Shown here one piece after another: positions 1 to 10,409 of a DNA stretch of 64,000 nucleotides; the first letter of the stretch is position 1; each line of letters begins with the position of its first letter. The position numbers and the translations under genes were made by a program. The stretch lies in the IMG/VR virus record IMGVR_UViG_3300032288_003288. The stretch is one strand, 5' to 3'. The notes below the pieces were generated by a model. It had not been told where the DNA came from, did no database searches, and was given only the letters and a program-made list of their open reading frames with translations. This DNA is from a virus.

Positions 1-2404
1 AGTAACGAACGATGCCGTCGTTCTGAACGTTTGTGAAAGCGATTTCAGGATAGAGGACACGATCGATTTTAAATCCAGAACCAGCCATGCTATTGTTGCT
101 GATAGGTTGAGACAACACGATGGCTGTAGAGTTAACTGATGCGGCAACAGCGACTTGATAGTTATCAGGAAACAGATCGCTGTAGATACGAATCACGTCG
201 TTGTTGACTAGATACGTTGTTGGATTTACGTCTACTGCAGCCACGACACTATTAGAAACCTGTGTTACGAAGGATCCAGCGAGAGTGTTTGCTGTCTCGG
301 AATACTTAGGCAGCGAGTAAGTATATTCGGTGTATGACTCTACTTCTGGGTTGCCGTAGATGTTGGCGTTCTCAGTAATTACAAGAGGAGTCCAAGCTTT
401 GTCATCAAAGGTTTCAGGATCTTGACTATTGTAGAGCTTGGCATACACACGAATATCAGTAGCTCTGGCGCTAGGGACTACCTCTAATTCTGGATCCCAA
501 CAAATAGCTTCATTGACCTTTGGTCTATATCCTGTAACATATACCTTGAGATCTTCTGCAAACCGATTGTTGGCAAAAGTCAGTTTCTTGGCAATGTGCT
601 TGCTCTTTGCAATACCTTTATTTCCGACTTCAGTATCGACAGAAAGGTTGTTATTGCGCTGAGTAGCGTCATTGACAGTTAGTTTGTACGTATTGTCAAT
701 GATGTATTGGTTAATGACGATATTGGGATCAGGGATTCCTGCATCGTCTCCTCCATCTACTGGGCTTGGGCACCGAGTGTCTGGAAAAACGAAGGTGTTA
801 GAAGTAACAGTAGTGTTAACTCCAGGAATATTTCTCTTCTTAAATCTAATGATCTTTCTGACTGATCTGCTCTTCTCGGCACCTTCTCCGAGAAAATCGT
901 GCTGACACTCAACAGATCTAGAAAGGACGCGAGCTCTGTACTTTCTCATCGCGTTGCGCTCTTTATTTCTAAGCGCAGCCTTATGACCTTCTACGTTAGA
1001 CGTATCTAAGTTGTATGCACCGTTAGATTGTCTGTTGACAAACAGGTGTTCGGTTACGACGTCGACGTCTCCGTGTCCAGGACGAATGTTAAACATAGGA
1101 ATATGCTCAGACACGGGAAGCTCTTCAAAGTTGTCGATATAGACGCTGGCTCCTGTCATCACACCTATGATTTGAGAGTTGACAGAAAATCTAAACGTCG
1201 AGTTGGCAGCGTTACTGTTGCTTAGAACAAGCCTACGACGAGCTTTATTGAAATCCTCTACAGTGCCAACGACGGTGTCTAAGATCTTGGCATTTGCTGA
1301 AGTAAATGAAGGAGGCTCAACTAGGACCATGGCAGTAGAGTTGATGACATAGTCTATAGTCAGCGCATCGAACTCTGCGTTTGCTCCAGCTCTAGGGCCT
1401 GTATCGTCTCTAAAAATTAGAACGTCAGACTTTAAGTTATCAAAAGAAGTCCCTACGCCGAGGATAGTCGTATTTCCTTTCGTAAAGGATACGTTGCCAG
1501 CAATGGGATCGGTCTGTTGATAGACGTATTCTCCTCCCAGAAATTCGCGACCGTTTGTAGTGATGCTTTTGTATGCAAAGGTGGGAAGACTGGAATTTTG
1601 AGAAGACTTGACTTTCAAGAATTCGTACGGTTTGTTGACGAAAACTTGTTCTCTGACGTCAGAGTTGGCAGACAACTTTAATGCATTGACACGAAACTTG
1701 AGGTCACGATCTATGATAGGCTTTATTCCACCCGCTTCGTCGTTTGTCCTTCTGTAATACTTACCTCCATGACGATGTTTATAGAGGCCAGAAGATTTAA
1801 TTCCTGGAAGATCGAAAGTCACGTCTGTCGTAGCACCGACGCCCACCTCAGGAACACCGATCTGATTCTTACAAGTCACATAGCCTGGATCTTCGTGCTT
1901 GATAATGATAGCATAGTGCTTATTGACTTTAAGTCTTATCTTACCTAAGAGAACCTTGGTATAGATGTCTTTGCCGCTGCCGACGTTGATGTCATGATAA
2001 CGTAGGCGTCTAATCGTGTGTGGAATAATCCTATCTACTCGTGGCTTTTCGTCTTCGACTTCAGCTAGAGCAACGACTACTCCTGGCTCTTCAATACCAG
2101 AAGCGTTCTTGACAGGATCTGGCTTCATATCAAAGAATATGTCTATAGAACTGATAGTAGTCTCTTGAATGCCGAAGACTTTATCGTCTGTTATGATAAA
2201 TGTCTGAGCTTCATCAAAGTCTGCGAAGTCTTCGTGAGTAGACGCTGATTTGGTTTCAGGAGTATCACCGACAAGAAGAACGTTGGAGGCAATAAATGTG
2301 TTAGTGCCAGCAGCAGAGGTCGGATTCGGAGCAGTACTGCCTCCGCCCAAATACTCTAGAAGACCTTCTTGTTTGTTGTAACTTGTAAAATCTATCAGCT
2401 TCAT
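1..2404 (-). CDS. Virion structural protein resembling the C-terminal half of VrlC/DUF4815-type proteins (partial, runs off the left edge)
   Basis: Not in the ORF track. ATG at 2404 reads MKLIDFTSYNKQ...AQTFIITDDKVFGIQETTISSIDIFFDMKP...HYAIIIKH...DLKFRVNAF, matching the AQTF..SIDIFF / DLKF motifs of the VrlC C-terminal region. Late promoter upstream. Confidence 0.75.
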   Translation of the reverse strand, partial: MKLIDFTSYNKQEGLLEYLGGGSTAPNPTSAAGTNTFIASNVLLVGDTPETKSASTHEDFADFDEAQTFIITDDKVFGIQETTISSIDIFFDMKPDPVKNASGIEEPGVVVALAEVEDEKPRVDRIIPHTIRRLRYHDINVGSGKDIYTKVLLGKIRLKVNKHYAIIIKHEDPGYVTCKNQIGVPEVGVGATTDVTFDLPGIKSSGLYKHRHGGKYYRRTNDEAGGIKPIIDRDLKFRVNALKLSANSDVREQVFVNKPYEFLKVKSSQNSSLPTFAYKSITTNGREFLGGEYVYQQTDPIAGNVSFTKGNTTILGVGTSFDNLKSDVLIFRDDTGPRAGANAEFDALTIDYVINSTAMVLVEPPSFTSANAKILDTVVGTVEDFNKARRRLVLSNSNAANSTFRFSVNSQIIGVMTGASVYIDNFEELPVSEHIPMFNIRPGHGDVDVVTEHLFVNRQSNGAYNLDTSNVEGHKAALRNKERNAMRKYRARVLSRSVECQHDFLGEGAEKSRSVRKIIRFKKRNIPGVNTTVTSNTFVFPDTRCPSPVDGGDDAGIPDPNIVINQYIIDNTYKLTVNDATQRNNNLSVDTEVGNKGIAKSKHIAKKLTFANNRFAEDLKVYVTGYRPKVNEAICWDPELEVVPSARATDIRVYAKLYNSQDPETFDDKAWTPLVITENANIYGNPEVESYTEYTYSLPKYSETANTLAGSFVTQVSNSVVAAVDVNPTTYLVNNDVIRIYSDLFPDNYQVAVAASVNSTAIVLSQPISNNSMAGSGFKIDRVLYPEIAFTNVQNDGIVRY

Positions 2405-2429
2405 GTTTAAAATGCCTATTTGTTTTGAC

Positions 2430-2437
2430 TATTTATA
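2430..2437 (-). promoter_or_regulatory. T4-type late promoter TATAAATA
   Basis: Exact TATAAATA on the minus strand, 25 nt upstream of the ATG at 2404. Confidence 0.8.
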
Positions 2438-2451
2438 GAGACGTCCATAAA

Positions 2452-5400
2452 TTAAACTTTATCAACTTGTTCAGTTTCTGTGCCCTTAGTAGCAAACATA
2501 AGCCTAGTACCAATATCTGCACCAGACGCCGATGATCCATCTAAGTTGTCTGTAGACGTTGAATCTGCAGTAGCAACACTAGTGACTGGTACAACAGATG
2601 GCGTCGTAGTAGGCTGAACAACCGCCTCTGACTCATTCGTGCTATTCACATAGTCTGTAGTAAACGAGGGTTGAGAAATGGTTGTTACTGCGCTAGAAGT
2701 TTGATCTTCTGATACAACCACTAACATTCTATCGCCTCTATTAGTGGATCTCTGATCTCTCAGAGTTTCACTCAACTGAGTCTGACTAGTCGTTTTTAAT
2801 TCGTTTAGATATACGGTAGCCACAATCTTTCCGTACTTGTCTGCGACTAAGTCTTCAGTTATATCTTTCCCTACCTGACGAACGAACTGTGATATCTTAT
2901 AGCCGTCGAGGATAAACTCATGTTTGGTATTTGGTTTCAGACCGCACAGCTCAATGCGAATAGCTTGGTCTGCTTCTACCCACGGCTTCGTAGGAATCCT
3001 GCTAATTCTTCTTGTATCTCTGAAAGGTCTCAAGATACGAATTGGCGATTTTCTGTTCACTGCGCCGCGATGAATGATCTTATCGATAACGATCGTTCTT
3101 TCTAACTTCTTGGAGAAGTAATCTTCAGGATAAAGAACGACAATCTTTCCTTCGTCTACGAAAGTTAATGCTTCTGGAACAAACCTCTCGGCGCGACCTG
3201 CTGGTAAAGGTCTATCTTCTACGCGATAGACCACTATCTTGTAGAACCTACCGCCAGATGGGTTATGATTCCATGTGATCACTGATGAGCCTCTGACAAC
3301 GTTGACGCCAGAAACTGTGGTAGAAGAGAATGTTTGATACTTGACCAATCGAAGAGATCTTTGTCTCTTTTCTTGATTGGTCAATGCGACTGCAGACTCT
3401 GAAGTTATCAACGGAGTCAGCACGTCTACACCAGGAACAAATGTTCTTGAGGTACCTTGATAAACTTCTACACGATAAGATGCATATGGCACGTCGACAT
3501 ATACTTTTGCTTGACCGGCAGAAGAGCTAAACTCTATAGGACCCTGTGTTCTAAACTTCGAAAGGTCTGTAGCCACTGTGCCGTAGTCTGTCGTAGCGTA
3601 TCCGACAAAGATCTGCGTTCTTTGTAAGATCAGCGTAGTATCTGTCGGAATAGCATTTGCTTCCGTGCAGGGTTCTGGCTCGATCACAGGCTCTTCAGTG
3701 CCGCCATCCTCAGGATCTTTTGGCTGGACAGGAATTATGAGCTGTTCGACTTTAGGCACAAGCTTGTTGTCGTAGATGCTGCAGCTGTACTCTGGATTAT
3801 CCAGATCTGATAGCTTGTCATCATTAAAATTATCTACGTAGAAGCCAAACTTGTAGCGATTCAACGCCGCGCTCGATGAGCTGGCGATGTAACGCGAGTT
3901 GACAGCAGTCTCAGCTAGAGTGAACGATACGTAGTATTCGAGGTCACGAATACGGCGTTCGAGTTGACCGATGTCGGTCATCTTGTAGGCTCTCGGCTGA
4001 AGTGCCTGTCTTTGATCTACTGTAACATTCTGTGTTACCTGATACTTCTTCAACCTCTGAGCTAGCAACTTCTCGTTGCCCATGTTCGTATCGATGTACT
4101 TGATGGTGTCTTCAGACAGAGCATAAGGATACGAAGGATAAGGAGGAATGTTTAGCAAGTTCAGCGTCATGCTATGGGCCGGCTGTGGAGGTACGCTCGG
4201 TCCGTTAGGAGAAGTGTCTCCGCTAAGCACTCTAATCTTGTTATCTGAGTCGACTACCACGCGATCTATGCGAGGCAGGTAATATTCTATCGTCGCGCTG
4301 ATAGCAGAACCGGGGACTGGGAAGTTCTTATTTGAAGTATTATACTTCGAAGTTCCTGTAGGCTCTGTCGGATTGATAGGCGCATATCTGAAGTTTCCGT
4401 TTGCAGACGCAGTGTTGTTTGCAAACGGTCTAAAGTCTAGGCTGTCGCGAAGATCATAGTATTCTCCCTTACGATTGCCATAGAGTTCAGGAATTTCGGC
4501 AGTATTGATGTATGTATTTGTGGCGTTCGCAAACGATACTGCGTCATTGACTTGATATGACTTAATAGTCTTAAGTCCTTCGCCAGTTCTGGTGAATACG
4601 TCGATCTTAATCAGAAGAACATCATTGTTGGAATAAGTATTCGAAGTAATGTTTGCATTTCTGTATAGATACGAAGTATTGTATGAGTCTTCAGTCTGAT
4701 TGCTGTCGACGTAGAATTGATCTGTGACGTCGTAGACACCATATGTATCAGGACCAAAATACAGAGGAGCTCCGACGAATTGGTGTTCTTGACTACTCGA
4801 TATCGCTGCTACAGAGATGACTCCCCCGGACGAGTTAGCAATCTTAAACGTCGTGCTAGTAGTATTGGCTATATAGTATGTGTTGCCGCCTGTAAGGCCG
4901 GTAATAGGAGTGCCAGCGACAGTGTTAGAGACTGTGACAGTTGCGGTGGCATTCGTCAGGCCGATTGCCGTGTTGGTCGTAAAGTGTGTGGAATTGACCG
5001 TGGCGACTTTGGCAGAAATGTTTGTGTTGACCACTTGAGTGTTGGAAGAACCGACTACGAGGTCATTGACATTGATGCCAGTATTGCTGCCTATAACGAA
5101 GACTGTAGGTGCAGCGCTGTTTGCTGTTACAGATATGCTCGTATTGGTAACAACGCTTGGAACAGTATAGACTACTGAATCGCCGTTGGCGAATGGAAGA
5201 GACTCTACTGTAAATACGTTTGCCGACACGTCGCTGTTTGAATTGAAGGTAATAGTCGTGTTCGCAGCGCCGTTGGCTGCATAGACTCCTCTGAGTCTGA
5301 AGACGTCAGAGAAACCTAATGCCCACGGTCCACGACCATAGTCATATTCACCACCAAATCCCAGGCTGGCGATGGCGCTCTGAGCAGCCTCGTTGTTTGC

Positions 5401-8391
5401 TAGTTTAAGTCTTACATAGATGCTACGTAGAGAGTTCTTTGTTACGGGAGCATCTGCGTTTGTGATCACATAGTTGTACGAAGCCACAGCGTTTCCAGAG
5501 GCGGCGAGCGAAGTACCGAGGCCTAGGACAAGATTCGTATTTGAAGTGGCATTTGCAATTCTATCTGTTCTCAATAGATCTACTGGAACGTTCTTGGGGA
5601 AGTGCAAGTATACGTTGCCGCTGGTCACTACAGACGAAGGAGTCGTGGCAAGTTGAATAGCTGTGGCATTGATGACGTTAGTGATTCTGCCGTATACTGT
5701 ATTTGCACCACCGACGATCTTGATATTGTCTCCAGCATAGAACGTGGTATGAAATACTGTATCGGAACCAGTAACCACATTCGAAGTGGTGGTGGTCGTA
5801 GTATTTCCTGTGGAGATCACGTTCGAAGTCAAGTTGGCTACAGGGATCAGATCGATCAGACGAGCGTTGATAGAAGAATACGTGTTGTTACCAGTCAGCG
5901 TGATGGTGGTGTTGCCGTTGACGTCTAGCGTAACTTCTGAAGTTTGTCTAGAAGTATAAGAAGTGGCATTGACTGACTTAAGAGCGGGCTTATCGATAGA
6001 GAATATCAGAGTTGAATTCTCACTGTCATATAGAGAAGCAGTAGTGATGTAAGTATTAACGAACGAAACTGTGGCCGTGCCGTTACCTGTCGCGACAGCT
6101 GTGTTTACTGTAAATGCTGTGGCGTTGATGATCGACGTGACTTCGCATACGATGTCAGTGTTGACCTTGGCAAGATCGCCGCTTCGTGTCAGCTTGTCGC
6201 CGATTCTAATTCTACGCTTCCGACCCCATCTAGGACGTTGTATGCCAGAACGATACTTAAAGTTTTGGTCGACGTCAAAGTCGTTGTCTCTATCTTCGTA
6301 CTGTTCCTTAAACAGCGGCATGAAAAATGGTGTGCCGATGCCGCGAGAAGGCTCAGTCGTGTCAGTGACCGGATCAGTAGTATTACCTGACACTAGGACG
6401 ATGGTAGTGTTTGCGCCTGTATTGGCTAAGATCTGAATGGGAGTTTCTACGACGATAGTATCTACCACTACGTCAGCGATGCCGTCGTAGTCGTTGTCTT
6501 GATAGATAGAGCGAATATCGGCAAAGTTTTCGCCGGCATTCATCACAATGTCAAAGAGGTAAACGCGATAGACTGCTTCAGGTGTACCAGCAACACCGCG
6601 CTCATGCAAGACAGAACGCACTCTGGCTGTACCGACCTCAGAACCAGCCGCCGTGATGTTTCCTCCGCCGTTTGTGAGGAACTGCGCAAACTCGCTTCTC
6701 AACGAGATCACGTCACCCGTGGTGAAGTTAAACTTGCCGCCTAGTTCCTTGACACGAATGAAGTTTCCGTAATTGATCTGCTTAGAAACGGTCGTAGTGG
6801 CAGTGTTGATTGCCTTATCAGTCTTGACGCTGTAGTTGTAGTATGTCTGTACTCGCTTGCCTTCGATATATGCGAGACCGGGATCCACGACAACGCTGAA
6901 AGAGTTTGCTTCTTCAGCGAACGTTGTGCGTGACTTTGTGGTCGTCAAGAACTGGTCGAGGACGTAGTTTCCAGACTCTTCATAGGTTCTACGAGCAAAC
7001 TCTTCGGCGATGCCGTTGTATTGAGTCTGTGTGAAGCGCTTTGCTGGATAGCCTTCTGAAAACTCGATAATCGGAAGGAAGCGAGTATTGGCTTCGGCCT
7101 CTTCCTTTGTCAGAGTCACCAGTGTCGGAGACAACTTGAGACGATTGGCGCCAGGAGCAGTAGCGTTTGGAGTTCCGAGAGAGTTGTCGAGCAGCGACGT
7201 GTCTTGATTGCTGTTGATGATCTCTTCTTTGGTGTCGAAACCTACGACTACTTGGTCTGGAAGAGCGCTGTAGCGATCAACGATAACTGTCTGTGGAAGA
7301 ACCTTTGTGAAGTAGCCCTTCTGATAGACGATGCCTTCGCCTACTGACACCGCATAGCCAGAGCCGACTGGGTTATCAAGAGCTCCTAGAACTGTCAACC
7401 GAGCCTTATAAGTCTGCGGCTCTAGTTGCAACGTATCGATCTCTGCAACGCCGCCAGTAGAAGTTTGAACTGTAACGTGCGGAGCGATGTTGTAGTCTAG
7501 ACCTTTCTCAGAGATGTTGATCGAGGTAATAGTACCTCCACCAGCACCAGCAGTCGTAGCCAGAGTGGCTTCTGCATTAGAACCAAAGACTGTTACGATA
7601 GTGCCGTTGACTTGGTTATTTGCAGCTGAGACGAAGGTGTCGTTAGAAGCCACGGTCCACTTGATAGCCGTAAGTTCGGTGTTGGCAAGGTCAGCCGACA
7701 CCGGCTTGACTTTAAGAATAACTACTTCTGAGTTGGTCGTAGTGTCGATGTCTGTAATGATCAGATTCGCCGAAGCAGTATAGATCTGATCGTCCACAGA
7801 GAATACGTTGGCGAAAGTGTTTCCGCCTGTTGTGTTCTGTACGGCGATAGCAGGAACAAACACGACAGTGTCATTGTTCGAGAAGCCCGCGCTGCCGTTG
7901 AGGATACGAATACTTTCGATGGGAGTATTGACGTCGTATACTGTCAGGACCTGATTAGCAGAGAAGGCAGAAGTGTTTCCACTAGTTCCTGAATTCTGAT
8001 AACGAACGTACAGAGTCTTCTTGTCTTCGCGCGACTCGAATCCTGGAGCCGTCTGAATGATGACAGCCTGCAGGTTGCTAGACTCATGACGAATGCGATA
8101 GCCTTGCAGGTCAGAAACGTTGATAGACGAGATGCCGTCAGACTGAATGTCACGAATCTTGACATATGGGAAGTATGAGTGATACGTAATGTTGCATCCG
8201 TCGATGATCGTGCCTTGCTTGAAGACGTGATCGCCGAAGCGCTCGATCTGATTTTGAAGAATCGTTTGGAGCTGATTTAGCTCACGCGCCTGAATAGCGA
8301 CGCCAGGACGGAAAAGAATCTTGTAGTAGTTCTTATTCTCATCATAGTCGTCGTAGTAGGGAGCGCCAGAAAGATCTGTTTGAATAGCCAT
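2452..8391 (-). CDS. Large virion structural protein, VrlC/DUF4815-like (baseplate/fibre associated)
   Basis: N-terminal PYYDDYDENKNYYKILFRPGVAIQARELNQLQ, APGANRLKL, RRTYEESGNY and MTDIGQLERRIRDLEYY motifs; Asn/Thr-rich inserted modules. Confidence 0.85.
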   Translation of the reverse strand: MAIQTDLSGAPYYDDYDENKNYYKILFRPGVAIQARELNQLQTILQNQIERFGDHVFKQGTIIDGCNITYHSYFPYVKIRDIQSDGISSINVSDLQGYRIRHESSNLQAVIIQTAPGFESREDKKTLYVRYQNSGTSGNTSAFSANQVLTVYDVNTPIESIRILNGSAGFSNNDTVVFVPAIAVQNTTGGNTFANVFSVDDQIYTASANLIITDIDTTTNSEVVILKVKPVSADLANTELTAIKWTVASNDTFVSAANNQVNGTIVTVFGSNAEATLATTAGAGGGTITSINISEKGLDYNIAPHVTVQTSTGGVAEIDTLQLEPQTYKARLTVLGALDNPVGSGYAVSVGEGIVYQKGYFTKVLPQTVIVDRYSALPDQVVVGFDTKEEIINSNQDTSLLDNSLGTPNATAPGANRLKLSPTLVTLTKEEAEANTRFLPIIEFSEGYPAKRFTQTQYNGIAEEFARRTYEESGNYVLDQFLTTTKSRTTFAEEANSFSVVVDPGLAYIEGKRVQTYYNYSVKTDKAINTATTTVSKQINYGNFIRVKELGGKFNFTTGDVISLRSEFAQFLTNGGGNITAAGSEVGTARVRSVLHERGVAGTPEAVYRVYLFDIVMNAGENFADIRSIYQDNDYDGIADVVVDTIVVETPIQILANTGANTTIVLVSGNTTDPVTDTTEPSRGIGTPFFMPLFKEQYEDRDNDFDVDQNFKYRSGIQRPRWGRKRRIRIGDKLTRSGDLAKVNTDIVCEVTSIINATAFTVNTAVATGNGTATVSFVNTYITTASLYDSENSTLIFSIDKPALKSVNATSYTSRQTSEVTLDVNGNTTITLTGNNTYSSINARLIDLIPVANLTSNVISTGNTTTTTTSNVVTGSDTVFHTTFYAGDNIKIVGGANTVYGRITNVINATAIQLATTPSSVVTSGNVYLHFPKNVPVDLLRTDRIANATSNTNLVLGLGTSLAASGNAVASYNYVITNADAPVTKNSLRSIYVRLKLANNEAAQSAIASLGFGGEYDYGRGPWALGFSDVFRLRGVYAANGAANTTITFNSNSDVSANVFTVESLPFANGDSVVYTVPSVVTNTSISVTANSAAPTVFVIGSNTGINVNDLVVGSSNTQVVNTNISAKVATVNSTHFTTNTAIGLTNATATVTVSNTVAGTPITGLTGGNTYYIANTTSTTFKIANSSGGVISVAAISSSQEHQFVGAPLYFGPDTYGVYDVTDQFYVDSNQTEDSYNTSYLYRNANITSNTYSNNDVLLIKIDVFTRTGEGLKTIKSYQVNDAVSFANATNTYINTAEIPELYGNRKGEYYDLRDSLDFRPFANNTASANGNFRYAPINPTEPTGTSKYNTSNKNFPVPGSAISATIEYYLPRIDRVVVDSDNKIRVLSGDTSPNGPSVPPQPAHSMTLNLLNIPPYPSYPYALSEDTIKYIDTNMGNEKLLAQRLKKYQVTQNVTVDQRQALQPRAYKMTDIGQLERRIRDLEYYVSFTLAETAVNSRYIASSSSAALNRYKFGFYVDNFNDDKLSDLDNPEYSCSIYDNKLVPKVEQLIIPVQPKDPEDGGTEEPVIEPEPCTEANAIPTDTTLILQRTQIFVGYATTDYGTVATDLSKFRTQGPIEFSSSAGQAKVYVDVPYASYRVEVYQGTSRTFVPGVDVLTPLITSESAVALTNQEKRQRSLRLVKYQTFSSTTVSGVNVVRGSSVITWNHNPSGGRFYKIVVYRVEDRPLPAGRAERFVPEALTFVDEGKIVVLYPEDYFSKKLERTIVIDKIIHRGAVNRKSPIRILRPFRDTRRISRIPTKPWVEADQAIRIELCGLKPNTKHEFILDGYKISQFVRQVGKDITEDLVADKYGKIVATVYLNELKTTSQTQLSETLRDQRSTNRGDRMLVVVSEDQTSSAVTTISQPSFTTDYVNSTNESEAVVQPTTTPSVVPVTSVATADSTSTDNLDGSSASGADIGTRLMFATKGTETEQVDKV

Positions 8392-8396
8392 TTAAA

Positions 8397-10409
8397 TCAA
8401 AACTCCAGAATTAGTTTTATTTTTTCGTTAGTAGTAGAATCTCGTGTAACTGCGTCGATGTTCTCTAAGTATAGGATCTCGCCGCTGTCTTTAACCAAAT
8501 CTCCTGGGTATTTATTATTGACAGTGAAGACCGCATTGCCAGAAACCACGTTTCCTGTATTGGCTAAGTTGTGCTTCTCGTTCGTTACCCAGAGTGTGGA
8601 TGAATTTTGAAAGAATACGTTTGCTTCTGGTCTATCTTCTGCATCTCCAGTCCATCCACTTTGATAGACAAGAGAGTCTTCTGAGAAGACACCTACACTG
8701 TTAGCTCCCTCAAGCTTAACTAGCTGCATAAACGTATTGAAATCGTTAGTCGATCTGCCGTTGTTATTGACGGTGTTGATAGTAATCTTTGTAAAAGATT
8801 CCGTGCCGATTAAAGCTTCTCCAGAAGCAAACTTGCCGTCTGCGTCCGTGACCCAAAGATCTCCACTTCCATAGTCGGTAACAGTAGCAGACGCTGTCGT
8901 TCTAATGATAGAAACGTTCATCGAGGAGACGTTTGAAGTAATCTGCGTGCTCAGCGTCAGTTGAGTAGAGTTGGCTATGCTGTTGACGGTGTTGTAGTAG
9001 TACACAGTAGAGTTCGAGAGTAGAATCTTATCCCCTACTTGAAGAGCGTCAGAAAATAGTGTACCTGTTCCTTTGAGAATGGTATTACTAGACGCAGTGT
9101 TGACTGCTGCAGTGCCTACTACCTGAATAGGTCTATACTGATATACTGTCTCGCCTATGTCAAAGATTTCTGCACCGCCGCTATATGTGATATACACGTT
9201 CGCGAACTTAGGATTCTTTAGAATTCCGATCGATCTAAAGTCGTTCGACGAGATAACGTTGTTCGACTCTGTATTAGATACTCTGACGCTGATGCAGATC
9301 TTATTTGCGCCAAGTTCTTGAACAGGATCGTAAGAATGTCCTATGGCGGGAGAGATGATAGAGCGAACATTTGCTTCGACGTCTACGCTGACAACGTTGG
9401 AAGCAAGAACCTTTGTGACTGCGCTTCTATAGCCTTCGCCTTCTTTTCCAGGAAGAACCTCGATCTTATAGATCGAGTTAGAAGATGTAGTATTGACTAG
9501 TCCCCAAGCCTGAGCTTCTACTGTCTCACTTCCGTCACCGTAGATCTTTACTTGTGGAAAGACTTTATACGTGGTAGTGGTCGTAGGAGTATTGGTAAAC
9601 GGCGTATCTATGGAAGCTCTCTTGGTAGCTCCGACGTAGCTAACTACTGTACGATACTCAGTGTTTGCACCAGTCGTAATTTCAATGATACAGTCTTTGT
9701 AGTAGTCGTTGAAAGCAGAAGCTGTGCTGCCGAAGACGTAGTCTGTAGAAACGCCTCCCGGTTGAATGTCTGCAGCAGTGAATGTGCCAGTTGTGTGATT
9801 GTCGTATCCTGCTCCTCCGTCGTTGATCAGAATGATCTCGACCGAGCCTCCTACTGCGCTAGCACGGGCATTGGCATCTACCAGTGCTGGCATGTGTGCC
9901 GTCGTAGTAAACTTTGCCCACGTAGAAGAGTCAATAGTGTACAGATACTTCCATGCATAGCCGTCTGACGTAAAGACTACAGAGTTCGAGGTGCCAGTGG
10001 GTTCTGTCCCGTTGGAGCCAGTGTTAGCTCCATCGTTATTATATAAGCACTTGTACACTCTATAGTTGGTACCGTTGGCAACAGCTGTATAAAATTCCTT
10101 ATTAAAAAGATCTACGTCTTGATCGTCATACATTGCATACGGAGTGTTGTAGCTGTAGATGATCTTGCCTACCATGTGCTGAACGTCGCTGTTGGCAACT
10201 TTCTTGCCGAGGATCATGTTGTCGTATGTCTTGACCACCTTCTCATATTGGCTGTCAAAGGCTGGCTCTACGATCGGCTCGTTGACGAATTCCGTATGCT
10301 TTCCAAGGAACAGATAGTACTGATCATTTTGAGGCTCACTGAGAGACTCAACGAATTGAATAGCGTTGTGTACGTTAAACGTCTTTGAAACTAGTTTTTC
10401 TGTTGCCAT
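8397..10409 (-). CDS. gp8: Baseplate wedge subunit gp8-like
   Basis: YRVYKCLYNN, DGYAWKYLY, DFRSIGILKNP and SGEILYLEN...EKIKLILEF motifs; follows gp7. Confidence 0.8.
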   Translation of the reverse strand: MATEKLVSKTFNVHNAIQFVESLSEPQNDQYYLFLGKHTEFVNEPIVEPAFDSQYEKVVKTYDNMILGKKVANSDVQHMVGKIIYSYNTPYAMYDDQDVDLFNKEFYTAVANGTNYRVYKCLYNNDGANTGSNGTEPTGTSNSVVFTSDGYAWKYLYTIDSSTWAKFTTTAHMPALVDANARASAVGGSVEIILINDGGAGYDNHTTGTFTAADIQPGGVSTDYVFGSTASAFNDYYKDCIIEITTGANTEYRTVVSYVGATKRASIDTPFTNTPTTTTTYKVFPQVKIYGDGSETVEAQAWGLVNTTSSNSIYKIEVLPGKEGEGYRSAVTKVLASNVVSVDVEANVRSIISPAIGHSYDPVQELGANKICISVRVSNTESNNVISSNDFRSIGILKNPKFANVYITYSGGAEIFDIGETVYQYRPIQVVGTAAVNTASSNTILKGTGTLFSDALQVGDKILLSNSTVYYYNTVNSIANSTQLTLSTQITSNVSSMNVSIIRTTASATVTDYGSGDLWVTDADGKFASGEALIGTESFTKITINTVNNNGRSTNDFNTFMQLVKLEGANSVGVFSEDSLVYQSGWTGDAEDRPEANVFFQNSSTLWVTNEKHNLANTGNVVSGNAVFTVNNKYPGDLVKDSGEILYLENIDAVTRDSTTNEKIKLILEF

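Noticed and set aside
438-1225. Three short plus-strand ORFs at the left edge
   Set aside because: They lie antisense to the long minus-strand structural ORF starting at 2404.
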